Of a DNA stretch of 64,000 nt, positions 9,571 to 17,767 are shown one piece after another. The DNA comes from a virus (Duplodnaviria; Caudoviricetes). Made by a program: the position numbers and the translations under genes. The notes beneath the pieces were generated by a model. The model worked only from the letters and a program-made list of their open reading frames with translations. It was not told the DNA's origin and searched no databases. How positions within the stretch are numbered: position 1 is the stretch's first letter; every line of letters begins with the position of its first letter. The stretch lies in IMG/VR virus record IMGVR_UViG_3300028591_000082; one strand, written 5' to 3'.

Positions 9571-9821
9571 ATTTTAGTTGCTCTTATTTTACTTTTTGTT
9601 TTATATATTATATCAGAAAAGCGTCTGACATCATCACAATTAAATAAATTAAACATTCGTTTTCCAGGAACAAATTTTGCAAACACTTCATTAAAATAAT
9701 CAATACAACCAATACCAATATCATTATTAGAAGAACTCATTGGGCATTCTTCACAAGCTGTAAAATCATTTATATATTTCATTTCAGAAAGTATTTTCAT
9801 TAATTTTCTGCTTGGTCTCAT
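9567..9821 (-). CDS. Cys-rich tagged protein (RATKI)
   Basis: CEECPM..NN...GC...C. Confidence 0.75.
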   Translation of the reverse strand: MRPSRKLMKILSEMKYINDFTACEECPMSSSNNDIGIGCIDYFNEVFAKFVPGKRMFNLFNCDDVRRFSDIIYKTKSKIRATKI

Positions 9822-10096
9822 ACTTTAATGTTCCTATATGATTTTTTTAATAATATATCTGTATAATTCCTAATTGTTAGACAATAACTTTCGTATTTTT
9901 TACTATTGTTAATAATCCATTGTTCAGAATTACTGCAAATTTCATGTAGATAAGTAAGACAAGAAATATTAAATCCACTATTAGTGGCATACAAAGGACA
10001 ATTGTCACAACCAATGTGCGTTCTTTTACAATCAAGAGAAAATCCTTTTGACAATATATTTTTTCTTAATGCATTTAATTTACTAATATCAATCAT
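9818..10096 (-). CDS. Cys-rich tagged protein (RNIKV)
   Basis: CDNCPL...C...C. Confidence 0.75.
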   Translation of the reverse strand: MIDISKLNALRKNILSKGFSLDCKRTHIGCDNCPLYATNSGFNISCLTYLHEICSNSEQWIINNSKKYESYCLTIRNYTDILLKKSYRNIKV

Positions 10097-10374
10097 ATTT
10101 TAATAATCCTAAAATTGGTAGGTAGCTGCTCCAAAAACCAACAATAAAACCTACTGCAATTAACGGAATTATCTATAATTGCTCTTGGCGGGTAATCCAT
10201 TTTTAATATGTCAAGCATTCTGTAAACTTCCATAGCACAACTTCCATTGCATATTTTTTTCCCAGTAATTTTTTTATAGATTTCCTTTGGACAAATATGA
10301 CATTCGTTGGCAATATCATTAGAGCGTGATATCATTGTTTCTTTTATTTTAAGAGCCAAGGTTGAATTTTTCAT
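10093..10374 (-). CDS. Cys-rich tagged protein (RIIKI)
   Basis: CHICP...C...C; start at ATGA overlap with 10371-10670. Confidence 0.75.
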   Translation of the reverse strand: MKNSTLALKIKETMISRSNDIANECHICPKEIYKKITGKKICNGSCAMEVYRMLDILKMDYPPRAIIDNSVNCSRFYCWFLEQLPTNFRIIKI

Positions 10375-10670
10375 GCTGGTATTTCCATTTCCTGATATTC
10401 CTTTCCAGCTTTCCAAGATTGATAGGTAGATACTTTCATTACACCTGAAGTATTATCAGTTAAAAAGCCTTCGCTGTTGTATTCACGATTATTGTCTTTG
10501 TGATATTCTTCATTAATACCGTCAAAGCCATCAAAGAAAGCGGCATTGATGTATGTCATATCTATTTCATCAAAGTTTTGAAACTCTTCGGAGTGTTCAC
10601 CATTATAATAATAGTCGTACCAGGCATCTCCCTTGTTATTATAAGCCTTCTTCATATCAGGAAACAACAT
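10371..10670 (-). CDS. Acidic hypothetical protein
   Basis: GGAGGTG SD; ORF. Confidence 0.7.
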   Translation of the reverse strand: MLFPDMKKAYNNKGDAWYDYYYNGEHSEEFQNFDEIDMTYINAAFFDGFDGINEEYHKDNNREYNSEGFLTDNTSGVMKVSTYQSWKAGKEYQEMEIPA

Positions 10671-10674
10671 AAGA

Positions 10675-10935
10675 CTACACCTCCTCTACTTCTAAGCAGT
10701 CTTCTTCAGCAAGCTTGTTAAATTCTTCTTCTGAGATTTCTTCAAGAATATAAGAGATGTGAAGTTCTTCTTCGTCTTCTTGTTCGTCGTCCCAATCAGC
10801 TTCTTCCATAGAGCGATCGTCTGCATGTTCGCAGCAGAAGTCGTCTACTGCGTTATAGTCCTTGTCAGACTTAATGAGATATTCGTTAGTATATCCACAG
10901 TAATTTGCATCTTCTTCTACTTTATAAAACTTCAT
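10675..10935 (-). CDS. Very acidic small protein (DNA-mimic candidate)
   Basis: GGAGG SD; box A promoter; long D/E runs. Confidence 0.7.
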   Translation of the reverse strand: MKFYKVEEDANYCGYTNEYLIKSDKDYNAVDDFCCEHADDRSMEEADWDDEQEDEEELHISYILEEISEEEFNKLAEEDCLEVEEV

Positions 10936-11021
10936 AATTTGCCTCCAGTTATTCCTCATATATATTATACAACAAAAAAAGCACCTTAGCAGGGTGCAAA
11001 AGTTTTAGGAATAATCAATAA

Positions 11022-11279
11022 CTATATCTTCACAGATTTTCTTTTTGACTTAAAATCCTCACATATTTGATAACAAGCATCTCTTACGTCACAGCAGCTA
11101 AACAAATGACCCGATGGTAAATATCCCTCAATTATTTCCTTACCAATCATATCTCGCAGGACAGTTAAGCAAGTTCTAAAATAAATTCTATCATTGAGTG
11201 GACACGTTTCACAATGCAAATCAGGAACTGTAGTTGTCATTTTTAACATTTTAATTATATCGGGTCTTATTTTTTTCAT
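11022..11279 (-). CDS. Cys-rich tagged protein (RKSVKI)
   Basis: CETCPL...C...CC; tag followed by TAG. Confidence 0.75.
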   Translation of the reverse strand: MKKIRPDIIKMLKMTTTVPDLHCETCPLNDRIYFRTCLTVLRDMIGKEIIEGYLPSGHLFSCCDVRDACYQICEDFKSKRKSVKI

Positions 11280-11569
11280 ATTTTTGTATTTCTTGAGAAT
11301 TTGTAATTTTTAACAAAATCATATACTTTTTGGTGTATAGTTGGGCAATGAGTGGTCATATCAATACCAAATATTCTCTGTATTTCACTGCATGGCTTTT
11401 CCCCACCAAGACAACTAATCATTGTATCTTTTTTCTTTCCAATACTTTCAAAGTATTTATGCAGTATACAAGTTTCTCGCATCAAAACCCCATAACCAGT
11501 TCTTCCAATATCTTCATTACAATTCTTTTGTATGCATTTGAATTTAGCTATCACATCATCTTTTTTCAT
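11276..11569 (-). CDS. Cys-rich tagged protein (RNTKI), CILHK subfamily
   Basis: CILHK...C.GG..C...C..IH shared with 12092 and 12382. Confidence 0.8.
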   Translation of the reverse strand: MKKDDVIAKFKCIQKNCNEDIGRTGYGVLMRETCILHKYFESIGKKKDTMISCLGGEKPCSEIQRIFGIDMTTHCPTIHQKVYDFVKNYKFSRNTKI

Positions 11570-11838
11570 ATTTTACATCCAAGCCTGTATTTAGAATGAT
11601 TAACCATATATTTAATTGCAATTACCTGATCTCTACAACCAGTACAGTCTCCCCCAGATTCTTCATATATTTTATCTCCTCCAATCTTCATTATAAATAA
11701 ATAGCATCCAACTTTTGCTCTATTATTTTTTTTAGACATAGGACATTTTTCACATATATGCCCTTCACTTTGATGCTCTTCTACATATTTTAAAGCACTT
11801 TTAAGCGTCATTAAATCTTTTTTACCAATCTTTTTCAT
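11566..11838 (-). CDS. Cys-rich tagged protein (RLGCKI)
   Basis: CEKCPMS..NNR...C..FI...GG; paralogue of 11835. Confidence 0.8.
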   Translation of the reverse strand: MKKIGKKDLMTLKSALKYVEEHQSEGHICEKCPMSKKNNRAKVGCYLFIMKIGGDKIYEESGGDCTGCRDQVIAIKYMVNHSKYRLGCKI

Positions 11839-12095
11839 ATCTTAATACCTCTAGTAGAGTTAGAATATTTAATCATATATTCAATTGCCATATGCTGAGA
11901 ATTATACCCCTTCATTGCCGCTTCATCGCGTATATTCTTTCCTCCCAAGAACTTTATAAATTCTGGGCAAGTCAATCCCACTCTATTATTAGTACTGCTC
12001 ATAGGACAAGTTCTACAATCAGCAAACCCCTTTCCCTCCCAAAGTCTTTTAGCAGTTTTCATAGTAGCCAGATCACTTTTACTAATCCTTTTCAT
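11835..12095 (-). CDS. Cys-rich tagged protein (RGIKI)
   Basis: CRTCPMS..NNR...C. Confidence 0.8.
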   Translation of the reverse strand: MKRISKSDLATMKTAKRLWEGKGFADCRTCPMSSTNNRVGLTCPEFIKFLGGKNIRDEAAMKGYNSQHMAIEYMIKYSNSTRGIKI

Positions 12096-12385
12096 ATTTT
12101 AATACCCCTTAAATGGCAAATTCTATATATTTCTTTATGTATATCAGCACACATAATATATCTATTAAGTCCAAACTCTTCTACTATTTTACCACATATT
12201 TTCCCACCAAGACATTGACTTCCGTGATATTCTTGTTGTAAAGCTTGTTCTAAGAATTTATGCAATATACAAGATTTTCGTATAATAAACCCATTATCAT
12301 CTATTTTAATATTAGGAGAGCATTTTATGCTTTTAAGTTTATTAAACATCTGCCTATAGTTAAGTATTTGTTGATACCCATTCAT
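12092..12385 (-). CDS. Cys-rich tagged protein (RGIKI), CILHK subfamily
   Basis: CILHK...CLGGKIC...MCADIHK. Confidence 0.8.
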   Translation of the reverse strand: MNGYQQILNYRQMFNKLKSIKCSPNIKIDDNGFIIRKSCILHKFLEQALQQEYHGSQCLGGKICGKIVEEFGLNRYIMCADIHKEIYRICHLRGIKI

Positions 12386-12663
12386 ATCTTAGTCTCCCTA
12401 ATACCTCTTTTTATAATATTATATACATTCTTATGTATATCAGCACACATATTAGTTGCTTTTAATCCAAGCATTTTCTGTATGCCTTCACATATATATC
12501 CTCCAACACAATTAGCTCCATAAAACCTTAATGGTGGGTTTACACATAATAAGTACTTATGCAGTATACAGTTATGCCGCCAGTTAACGCCACAAGTATT
12601 AAGATTAGGATTACACTCTTTTCTTACTTTACAAAGTAAGCGTATCATTTCATTATTAGCCAT
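12382..12663 (-). CDS. Cys-rich tagged protein (RETKI), CILHK subfamily
   Basis: CILHK...CVGGYIC...MCADIHK. Confidence 0.8.
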   Translation of the reverse strand: MANNEMIRLLCKVRKECNPNLNTCGVNWRHNCILHKYLLCVNPPLRFYGANCVGGYICEGIQKMLGLKATNMCADIHKNVYNIIKRGIRETKI

Positions 12664-12670
12664 ATTTCCT

Positions 12671-12919
12671 TTATATCCTACAAAATCTATTAATTTTTAT
12701 ATTCATAAATGCATCATAAAACTCTATACAACCACATCCACCACTATACTTTATACCAAGCCTTTTACATAACTGTTCCCGGTGTTCTGCACACCCAATG
12801 CCCTTAAGTCTTCTTATAGATAAATTACTATAAATGGTAATAGGACAGCACCTACAAGCACCAGGAGCATTGTTCTTAGCTAATTCTGCTTGTATTTTCC
12901 TTATCATTCTCTTATCCAT
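12671..12919 (-). CDS. Cys-rich tagged protein (RFCRI)
   Basis: CRCCPI...C...CGC. Confidence 0.75.
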   Translation of the reverse strand: MDKRMIRKIQAELAKNNAPGACRCCPITIYSNLSIRRLKGIGCAEHREQLCKRLGIKYSGGCGCIEFYDAFMNIKINRFCRI

Positions 12920-12975
12920 ACCCTATACCCTCTACATATAAAAATTCAAAAGTAAATATTTATCCTTATAACTAT

Positions 12976-13004
12976 ATTATACCATAAATCGCCCATAAAA
13001 TCAA
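12976..13004 (-). promoter_or_regulatory. Sigma70-type promoter heading the 12919-11022 array
   Basis: TTGATT-17-TATAAT on the minus strand. Confidence 0.6.
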
Positions 13005-13074
13005 TAAAAATGCTTATTTTGTCTCAGCCAGTGGTTTTTTGAAAGAAAAAGTCATTTTGAAGCGGTTTCAAGGT

Positions 13075-13140
13075 CAAAAACATCCAAAAAAGCTCAAAAA
13101 TACCCAAAAAGTGCCAATAAAACCCATAGTTTTGCCATAG
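13075..13140. repeat. Phased A-tracts (CAAAAA every 10 bp)
   Basis: CAAAAA at 13075, 13085, 13095, 13105; CAATAA at 13115; CATAGT at 13125. Confidence 0.8.
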
Positions 13141-13226
13141 TTATGTGTATATATAGGGGAGTAATAAAGGCACTTTGCCGATTATTATTGGAACTTTGAG
13201 GGAGTCCCCGCTCTCTCCTCCGTGTC

Positions 13227-13341
13227 AACAAAAAAACCTGCCCAGAGCAGCTGATTCAGGTGACAAAAATTATTCGCCAGATGCGTGGATTATGATGACA
13301 AAAAAATCTGCCCAGAGCAGCAGATTACCAAGACAAAAAAC
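13227..13341 (+). repeat. 35-bp degenerate tandem repeat, three units plus a partial
   Basis: Units start at 13227, 13262, 13297, 13332 (RACAAAAA...); CTGCCCAGAGCAGC is exact in units 1 and 3. Confidence 0.75.
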
Positions 13342-13370
13342 TTGAACTGTTTATTGTTCCGTGCTATAAT
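13342..13370 (+). promoter_or_regulatory. Sigma70 promoter with leaderless start at 13377
   Basis: TTGAAC-17-TATAAT (extended TG), ATG 6 nt downstream. Confidence 0.65.
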
Positions 13371-13376
13371 TGAGCT

Positions 13377-13730
13377 ATGCCTAGAATAAGTGATAGATAT
13401 AGAGTAATAGAAAGCGATTGGACTCCATATGTAACTGTAACACATAATGATACTACAGCTGATGCAACTACAGCTACTAGTACTGGTACATATTGGACAT
13501 TTAATGATGATGTTAATGATAATCGTGTAACAGTTAATTTACATGATTATTGGTATGAGGTACCTAATTCAAATGGATACATTACTTTGGATCCAAGTCT
13601 AAGCTTTAATAGTAATTCATTATGGTCTGATAATAGATCATATGTTAGTTGGGATCCAGGATTAAGTTTTGAAGAAGCTTACAAAAGATGGTTGAAAAGA
13701 CGGAATAAGAAGAGAGTTATAAGGATATAG
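13377..13730 (+). CDS. Cys-free hypothetical protein with C-terminal tag (KRVIRI)
   Basis: Thr/Trp/Asn-rich ORF directly after the promoter. Confidence 0.7.
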   Translation: MPRISDRYRVIESDWTPYVTVTHNDTTADATTATSTGTYWTFNDDVNDNRVTVNLHDYWYEVPNSNGYITLDPSLSFNSNSLWSDNRSYVSWDPGLSFEEAYKRWLKRRNKKRVIRI

Positions 13731-13732
13731 CA

Positions 13733-13912
13733 ATGGAAGAAGAACTTTTAGAATCGGTTAGACGATTACTAGATAGTGTTTATAGGGATAATATCAGCCG
13801 CAGAATATTTAGAGAATACTCTATGGAAGTGTCGGGAGATACTATTTATTATGTTAGACCATTCTTTGGAAAGAATATAAAACACAAGTGCAGGAAGAAT
13901 TGCAAGATATAA
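13733..13912 (+). CDS. 59-aa tagged protein (MEEELLESV...RKNCKI), below ORF-track cutoff
   Basis: Manual translation; AAGGA SD in the end of the previous gene; followed by a hairpin and T-run. Confidence 0.6.
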   Translation: MEEELLESVRRLLDSVYRDNISRRIFREYSMEVSGDTIYYVRPFFGKNIKHKCRKNCKI

Positions 13913-14048
13913 TCGAATATTTGCGCCAATTAGGCTTTGCGGCCACTGTGGCTTTTTTATTGACAGTGTAATGATAGGAACCCCGTTTCGGGGCAAAAAT
14001 AAAAGCCCCTCGGGCGAACCCAAGAGGCTTCTAGCAATTTTTTTATGA

Positions 14049-14432
14049 TTAAGCAGCAGGCTGAATGCTTACAACCTTACCGAAGTTGATGTAGCGTACA
14101 CCAGTTGTTCCGTTAGGAGTGTTGTCTTCGGTGTAGTTTACAGTGATTGTAGCCTCGCCAATCTTTACGATTGGGAACTGATACTCTTTAGCAAACTTGC
14201 CAGAGCCGCAGATTACAGTAGCGATGTCGCCAACCTTTGCGTCCTTAACAAGAGCCTTACCAGCTTCAATTGCTTCAGCCTTAGCGGCTTCGCGAGCTGC
14301 CTTTGCCTGTTCAGCAAAAGCTTCCTTACCAGCCTTCTTCATTTCCTTGAGGGCGTCGATAGCAGCGTTGATTGAATCGAGGTTGTCAGCCTGAATACCG
14401 ATAGTAGCGAATGTTTCTGGAGTGAATTCCAT
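14049..14432 (-). CDS. Coiled-coil + KOW/SH3-like protein, paralogue 1 of 3
   Basis: VGDIATVICGSGKFAKEY.FPI.KIGEAT.TV.YTE.NTPNGT.GVRYINF.KVV shared with 15842 and 20484; the fold call is inference. Confidence 0.8.
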   Translation of the reverse strand: MEFTPETFATIGIQADNLDSINAAIDALKEMKKAGKEAFAEQAKAAREAAKAEAIEAGKALVKDAKVGDIATVICGSGKFAKEYQFPIVKIGEATITVNYTEDNTPNGTTGVRYINFGKVVSIQPAA

Positions 14433-14444
14433 AATTTTGTCCTA

Positions 14445-14512
14445 CCTAAGTAAACTTAGGATTTTGATTAAATTTGTTGTTCTTACGAACTTTTTTGAGG
14501 AGCAACGCTCCC
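14445..14512 (-). promoter_or_regulatory. Conserved 5' leader of the KOW-like paralogues (also 16276-16327 and 20923-20975)
   Basis: Identical CCTAAG-TTTA-CTTAGG hairpin abutting the SD in all three; 5' hairpin GGAGC-GTT-GCTCC vs GGGTC-GTT-GACCC covaries. Confidence 0.75.
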
Positions 14513-14564
14513 TTACTCTTATATTATACACCGCAAATCCTAACAGAACAGGGTGCATATTTTT

Positions 14565-14960
14565 TTGGTCTTGCGACCGTTTGCAGCTTCGAAACCTCTC
14601 TGAGAAGGGGGCAGAACCCAGCCCACAAATTGGGCTTCAATCTCATAAAAGATTTCTGACTGCGACATTCCTTGCAGGAGTTGCACCGTGCATTTCTTGC
14701 CTGAGAAGCAATCGTCCTAGCTGTTAGACGAAAGGAACATAAAAGGTGCGAAGGTTTCGCATTCGCTTGCGGAGCTCACCTTGACCCGATGGGGAGTGGG
14801 GTTTTGTTGTCGCACAATCACTAAGGCGTTGCTCTTTTTTCGAATGGATGTAAGCAATAGCCACAAATTCGCAAAAGTAGGTAAGGGTTAGATCACGCAC
14901 ACTATCTAAAGTGCATCTTCTAGTGGGAGAGGGAATTTCTTCGTATTCCTATCGTTCCTT
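14565..14960 (-). ncRNA. ORF-less box A transcription unit: structured leader, tRNA-like gene, 3' hairpins
   Basis: Promoter 14969-15003; 5' GTAAGG pairs with CCTTAC; ends GGTC-GCAA-GACC. Confidence 0.55.
14666..14738 (-). tRNA. tRNA-Glu(CTC)-like gene with atypical T arm
   Basis: GTTCCTT/AAGGAAT acceptor, Glu-type D arm TC-GTCT...AGGAC, TTGC-TT-CTC-AG-GCAA anticodon arm; T loop TGCAACT with a bulged stem; no encoded CCA. Confidence 0.65.
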
Positions 14961-15011
14961 ACTCTTATATTATATCACGAAACTTTTAATTCAGCAGGGT
15001 GCAGAATTTTT

Positions 15012-15105
15012 TGGTCTCGCGAAAGAACGGGGGATTTTTGTGAGGTGAACTTTGTAACCGATCTGCTCATTTGGAAAAGCAGAACGATCAATCTCCCGTT
15101 CCTTA
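15012..15105 (-). ncRNA. About 95-nt ORF-less RNA closed by a terminal stem
   Basis: Promoter 15113-15147; 5' AAGGAACGGGAGATT pairs with 3' AATCCCCGTTCTTT; internal TCTGCT/AGCAGA hairpin. Confidence 0.55.
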
Positions 15106-15154
15106 TACTAATATTATACACCGTAAACCTGAAGTCAGCAGGGTGCATAATTTT

Positions 15155-15267
15155 TAGGGTTCGGCAGCAAATTCTTCTTGGACATGCGAGCCATAAAACT
15201 CTATACCAAGGTTCCGCCACTCTTATATCTCTTTCGAGGGAAGTTCGACCTTCCTTTGCTGCCTTAC
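15155..15267 (-). ncRNA. About 110-nt ORF-less RNA closed by a terminal stem
   Basis: Promoter 15274-15308; GGCAGCAAA pairs with TTTGCTGCC; internal GGAAG/CTTCC and CTC-GAAA-GAG hairpins. Confidence 0.5.
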
Positions 15268-15327
15268 ACTAATATTATACCACGCAAAAGTGAACTGGGC
15301 AGGGTGTAAAATTTTTTGGTTTTTTTA

Positions 15328-15465
15328 TTGACTTAAAATCGATCTTAAGTTATACTGTGAGTACACTTGAATAAATTCGGATTTTCCGAATATTTAAGTA
15401 CAAACATATACAACACCAAAATCCGACTTTTTCGCGAGGTTGATCTTCGCGAGGAAGTCGGTGCT
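15328..15465 (+). ncRNA. Candidate sigma70-driven plus-strand small RNA
   Basis: TTGACT(15328)-17-TATACT(15351); two long hairpins, ATTCGGA/TCCGAAT and CCGACTT..TCGCGA/TCGCGA..AAGTCGG. Confidence 0.4.
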
Positions 15466-15553
15466 GCTGCCTATAGTGTAATGATAGGAACAACGGTTTT
15501 GTCAAGGTGGGCAGGGTGCAAAAGTGTGAGTACATGAGTTTTTTCAAATACAT

Positions 15554-15749
15554 GTCGACTTTTTACAAAAAGTCGACTATTTACATAGTGTAGGCTTCGA
15601 AGCCGTTTTGGTTTCAAAATCAGACATATGTATAGTATACTAGAATACTACTATACATATGTAGTGTAATGATTTGAATAACTATATTATATCATAAGGT
15701 TTGGTTAAGCAGGGTGCAATACAAATACACTATACATATGTATAGTGTA
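15554..15749. repeat. Cluster of DNA palindromes
   Basis: GTCGACTTTTT-AC-AAAAAGTCGAC at 15554-15577; ACATATGTATAGTA...TACTATACATATGT at 15624-15662; perfect 24-bp TACACTATACATATGTATAGTGTA at 15726-15749. Confidence 0.8.
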
Positions 15750-15841
15750 ATGATAGGAGCCCCGCAATAAAAAAGGCTAGGTGGCTTTCGCCGACCTAGT
15801 CGATTTATTTTAGGAGTGTCTGCCCTTTCGGGCAGGGTGCA

Positions 15842-16258
15842 TTACTGTGCGTCTACTCCGACAACCTTACCGAAGTTGATGTAGCGAACACCTACTGTGC
15901 CATTCGGTGTGTTATCTTCGGTGTAGCGAACAGTAATTGTTGCTTCGCCGATTTTTTCGATAGGGAACTTGTATTCCTTTGCGAACTTTCCACTACCACA
16001 GATAACTGTAGCAATGTCGCCGACTTTTGCGTTTTTGAGCAAAACCTTTCCGTTTTCAACGGCTTCGGCATTTTTTGCTTCGCGGGCAGCCTTCTGCTGT
16101 TCTGCGAACATTTCCTTTCCCGATTTCTTCAACTGACGGAGAACTTCCATAGTTGCGTCGAGTTCGTCAAGATTTATGAAATCCTTTGAGATTCCGATTG
16201 TTGCGAGTTTTTCTGTCTGAGCAGCCAAAAGTGATGGAGAAAAAGTTTTGTTAGCCAT
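15842..16258 (-). CDS. Coiled-coil + KOW/SH3-like protein, paralogue 2 of 3
   Basis: C-terminal about 60 aa nearly identical to 14049 and 20484; same leader. Confidence 0.8.
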   Translation of the reverse strand: MANKTFSPSLLAAQTEKLATIGISKDFINLDELDATMEVLRQLKKSGKEMFAEQQKAAREAKNAEAVENGKVLLKNAKVGDIATVICGSGKFAKEYKFPIEKIGEATITVRYTEDNTPNGTVGVRYINFGKVVGVDAQ

Positions 16259-16664
16259 AATGGTAATTTCCTTTGCCTAAGTAAACTTAGGACTTTTATT
16301 AGATTTTTTGTTCGGGTCAACGACCCTTGATGTCTTTATTCTACAACCCGAACTCTGACAGAGCAGGGTGCAGATTTTTGTTTTTTCTGCAAGGCAGAAA
16401 CTTTTTATTTTTCTGCCCTACGCCTATATTATAACATTTTGAACTTGGTTTAGCAGGGTGCAAATTGAATTATCTTTTGCAATTCACTCACCCTTCCTTC
16501 CCTAGTAATGTCAAAGAACTGTAGGCTCTTGTTCGTGCCTTACTCCTATATTATAGCAAGTGAAATTGATTTGAGCAGGGTGCAAATTGTCTACAGGATC
16601 TTTTTGATCTGAGCAGGGTGCAGCGGCTGCGGGGGTGTAATGATATGAACAACGAAAGGAAATC

Positions 16665-17011
16665 CCCTAGGGGCACTTAGACCCACTAGGGAACTTCTAA
16701 AATCACTTCCTATGGTGAAGGCATGTCTGCGACTAGGAAACCCTCTACATCATTTTATAAGTTTTTCTCACCGAAAACTAGAGAACCCGTAGTGAAACTT
16801 AAAAGGGGCTCGCAATTGTTTTATTAGTTTCCTATAGTTGAACTCTCAAAGCAACGAGCGTGCAAAGTAAAACTGCATGGATAATTTATGGATAATCACT
16901 ATGCTCAAAACCCACTTTACCCTAAAGTGTAAGCTGACACCAATCTTCCCTGTGTCAGTAGGGTAAGGACTCGAACCACTTTTATTAGTGGGGTACCTCA
17001 TCGTTCCTTAC
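16665..17011 (-). ncRNA. About 340-nt ORF-less structured RNA
   Basis: Promoter 17018-17052; starts GTAAGGAACGAT like the 14960 unit; GGTTCGAGTCC T-loop-like motif; stems CTGACAC/GTGTCAG, CACTTTA/TAAAGTG, GCTCG/CGAGC; terminal CCCTAG/CTAGGG hairpin. Confidence 0.55.
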
Positions 17012-17125
17012 ACCATTATTATAGCAAGGTTATTCCAATTAAGCAGGGTGCAATTCTACTAATGTGTTATGATTTGAATAACGAAAAAAAGCCCACTATA
17101 CGAAAGTATAGTGGGCAGAGGTGAT

Positions 17126-17710
17126 TTATACTATTGTGTATGAAGTCCAATCATTGTTTTTCCTTATTTCTTCAATAGGAATAACTGTGAAACTGTAGTC
17201 AGGCCCCTCATCTTCGACATTTTCATCTTCATCTTCGCCATAGCCCATACTGTCATACCAAGATTGAGCACAGTCGCCAATGTAATCCAATATTTCTTTT
17301 TTAGTATATTCTGCAGGAAAAGCATAGGATTCAATTTCGTCGTGACAATCGTATGAGGAACTATAAGTTGCCTCGATATACTGAAGTTTATTGTCAAGAT
17401 ATTTTCGCAATTCCTTTTCATGTTCTTTTGTGAACTTGAGCATAAACTGAACAACTTTGACAAGAGCAGGAGTAAAAGAATCAAATTGATAATTCTTAAA
17501 CTTTTCAAGGAACTTATCAACAAACCCTGCTCGCATACTTGAATAATTACAATGTTCCAAGCCCTCGACCAATTCATCGTATTTTTTGCCAAAACTGATA
17601 TAAGTGTTTAAATCCTGAACTTCACGCTCAAATTGAGCACAACCGATTCTGTCAGCAAATACAATATCTATACCACAAACATCTGAAACATACTTTGTTA
17701 TTTCTTTCAT
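17126..17710 (-). CDS. Hypothetical protein with acidic C-terminal domain
   Basis: Box A promoter, GAGGTG SD, followed by a GCCCACTATAC hairpin with T-run. Confidence 0.8.
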   Translation of the reverse strand: MKEITKYVSDVCGIDIVFADRIGCAQFEREVQDLNTYISFGKKYDELVEGLEHCNYSSMRAGFVDKFLEKFKNYQFDSFTPALVKVVQFMLKFTKEHEKELRKYLDNKLQYIEATYSSSYDCHDEIESYAFPAEYTKKEILDYIGDCAQSWYDSMGYGEDEDENVEDEGPDYSFTVIPIEEIRKNNDWTSYTIV

Positions 17711-17767
17711 ATCATCACCTCACGCTTTTATTGTAACCCACTCGGCAGAGCCGAGCAGGGTGCAGAT

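Noticed and set aside
6357-12919. C-terminal IKI tag as a mere by-product of SD plus ATGA overlap (AGG AAT ATA AAA ATA TGA)
   Set aside because: It may contribute in coupled genes, but the tag persists before TAA/TAG with no overlapping gene and with ATT or ATC codons (2081, 27002, 58943)
14422-15553. ORFs 14422-14727, 14474-14659, 14975-15220, 15045-15272, 15350-15553 (and 21935-22153, 24575-24793)
   Set aside because: They run across promoters and hairpins, lack a convincing SD and show no protein-like pattern; 14975-15220 is the least securely excluded
16665-17011. tmRNA or RNase P RNA
   Set aside because: No GGGG...CCACCA acceptor, tag reading frame or P4 consensus recognisable
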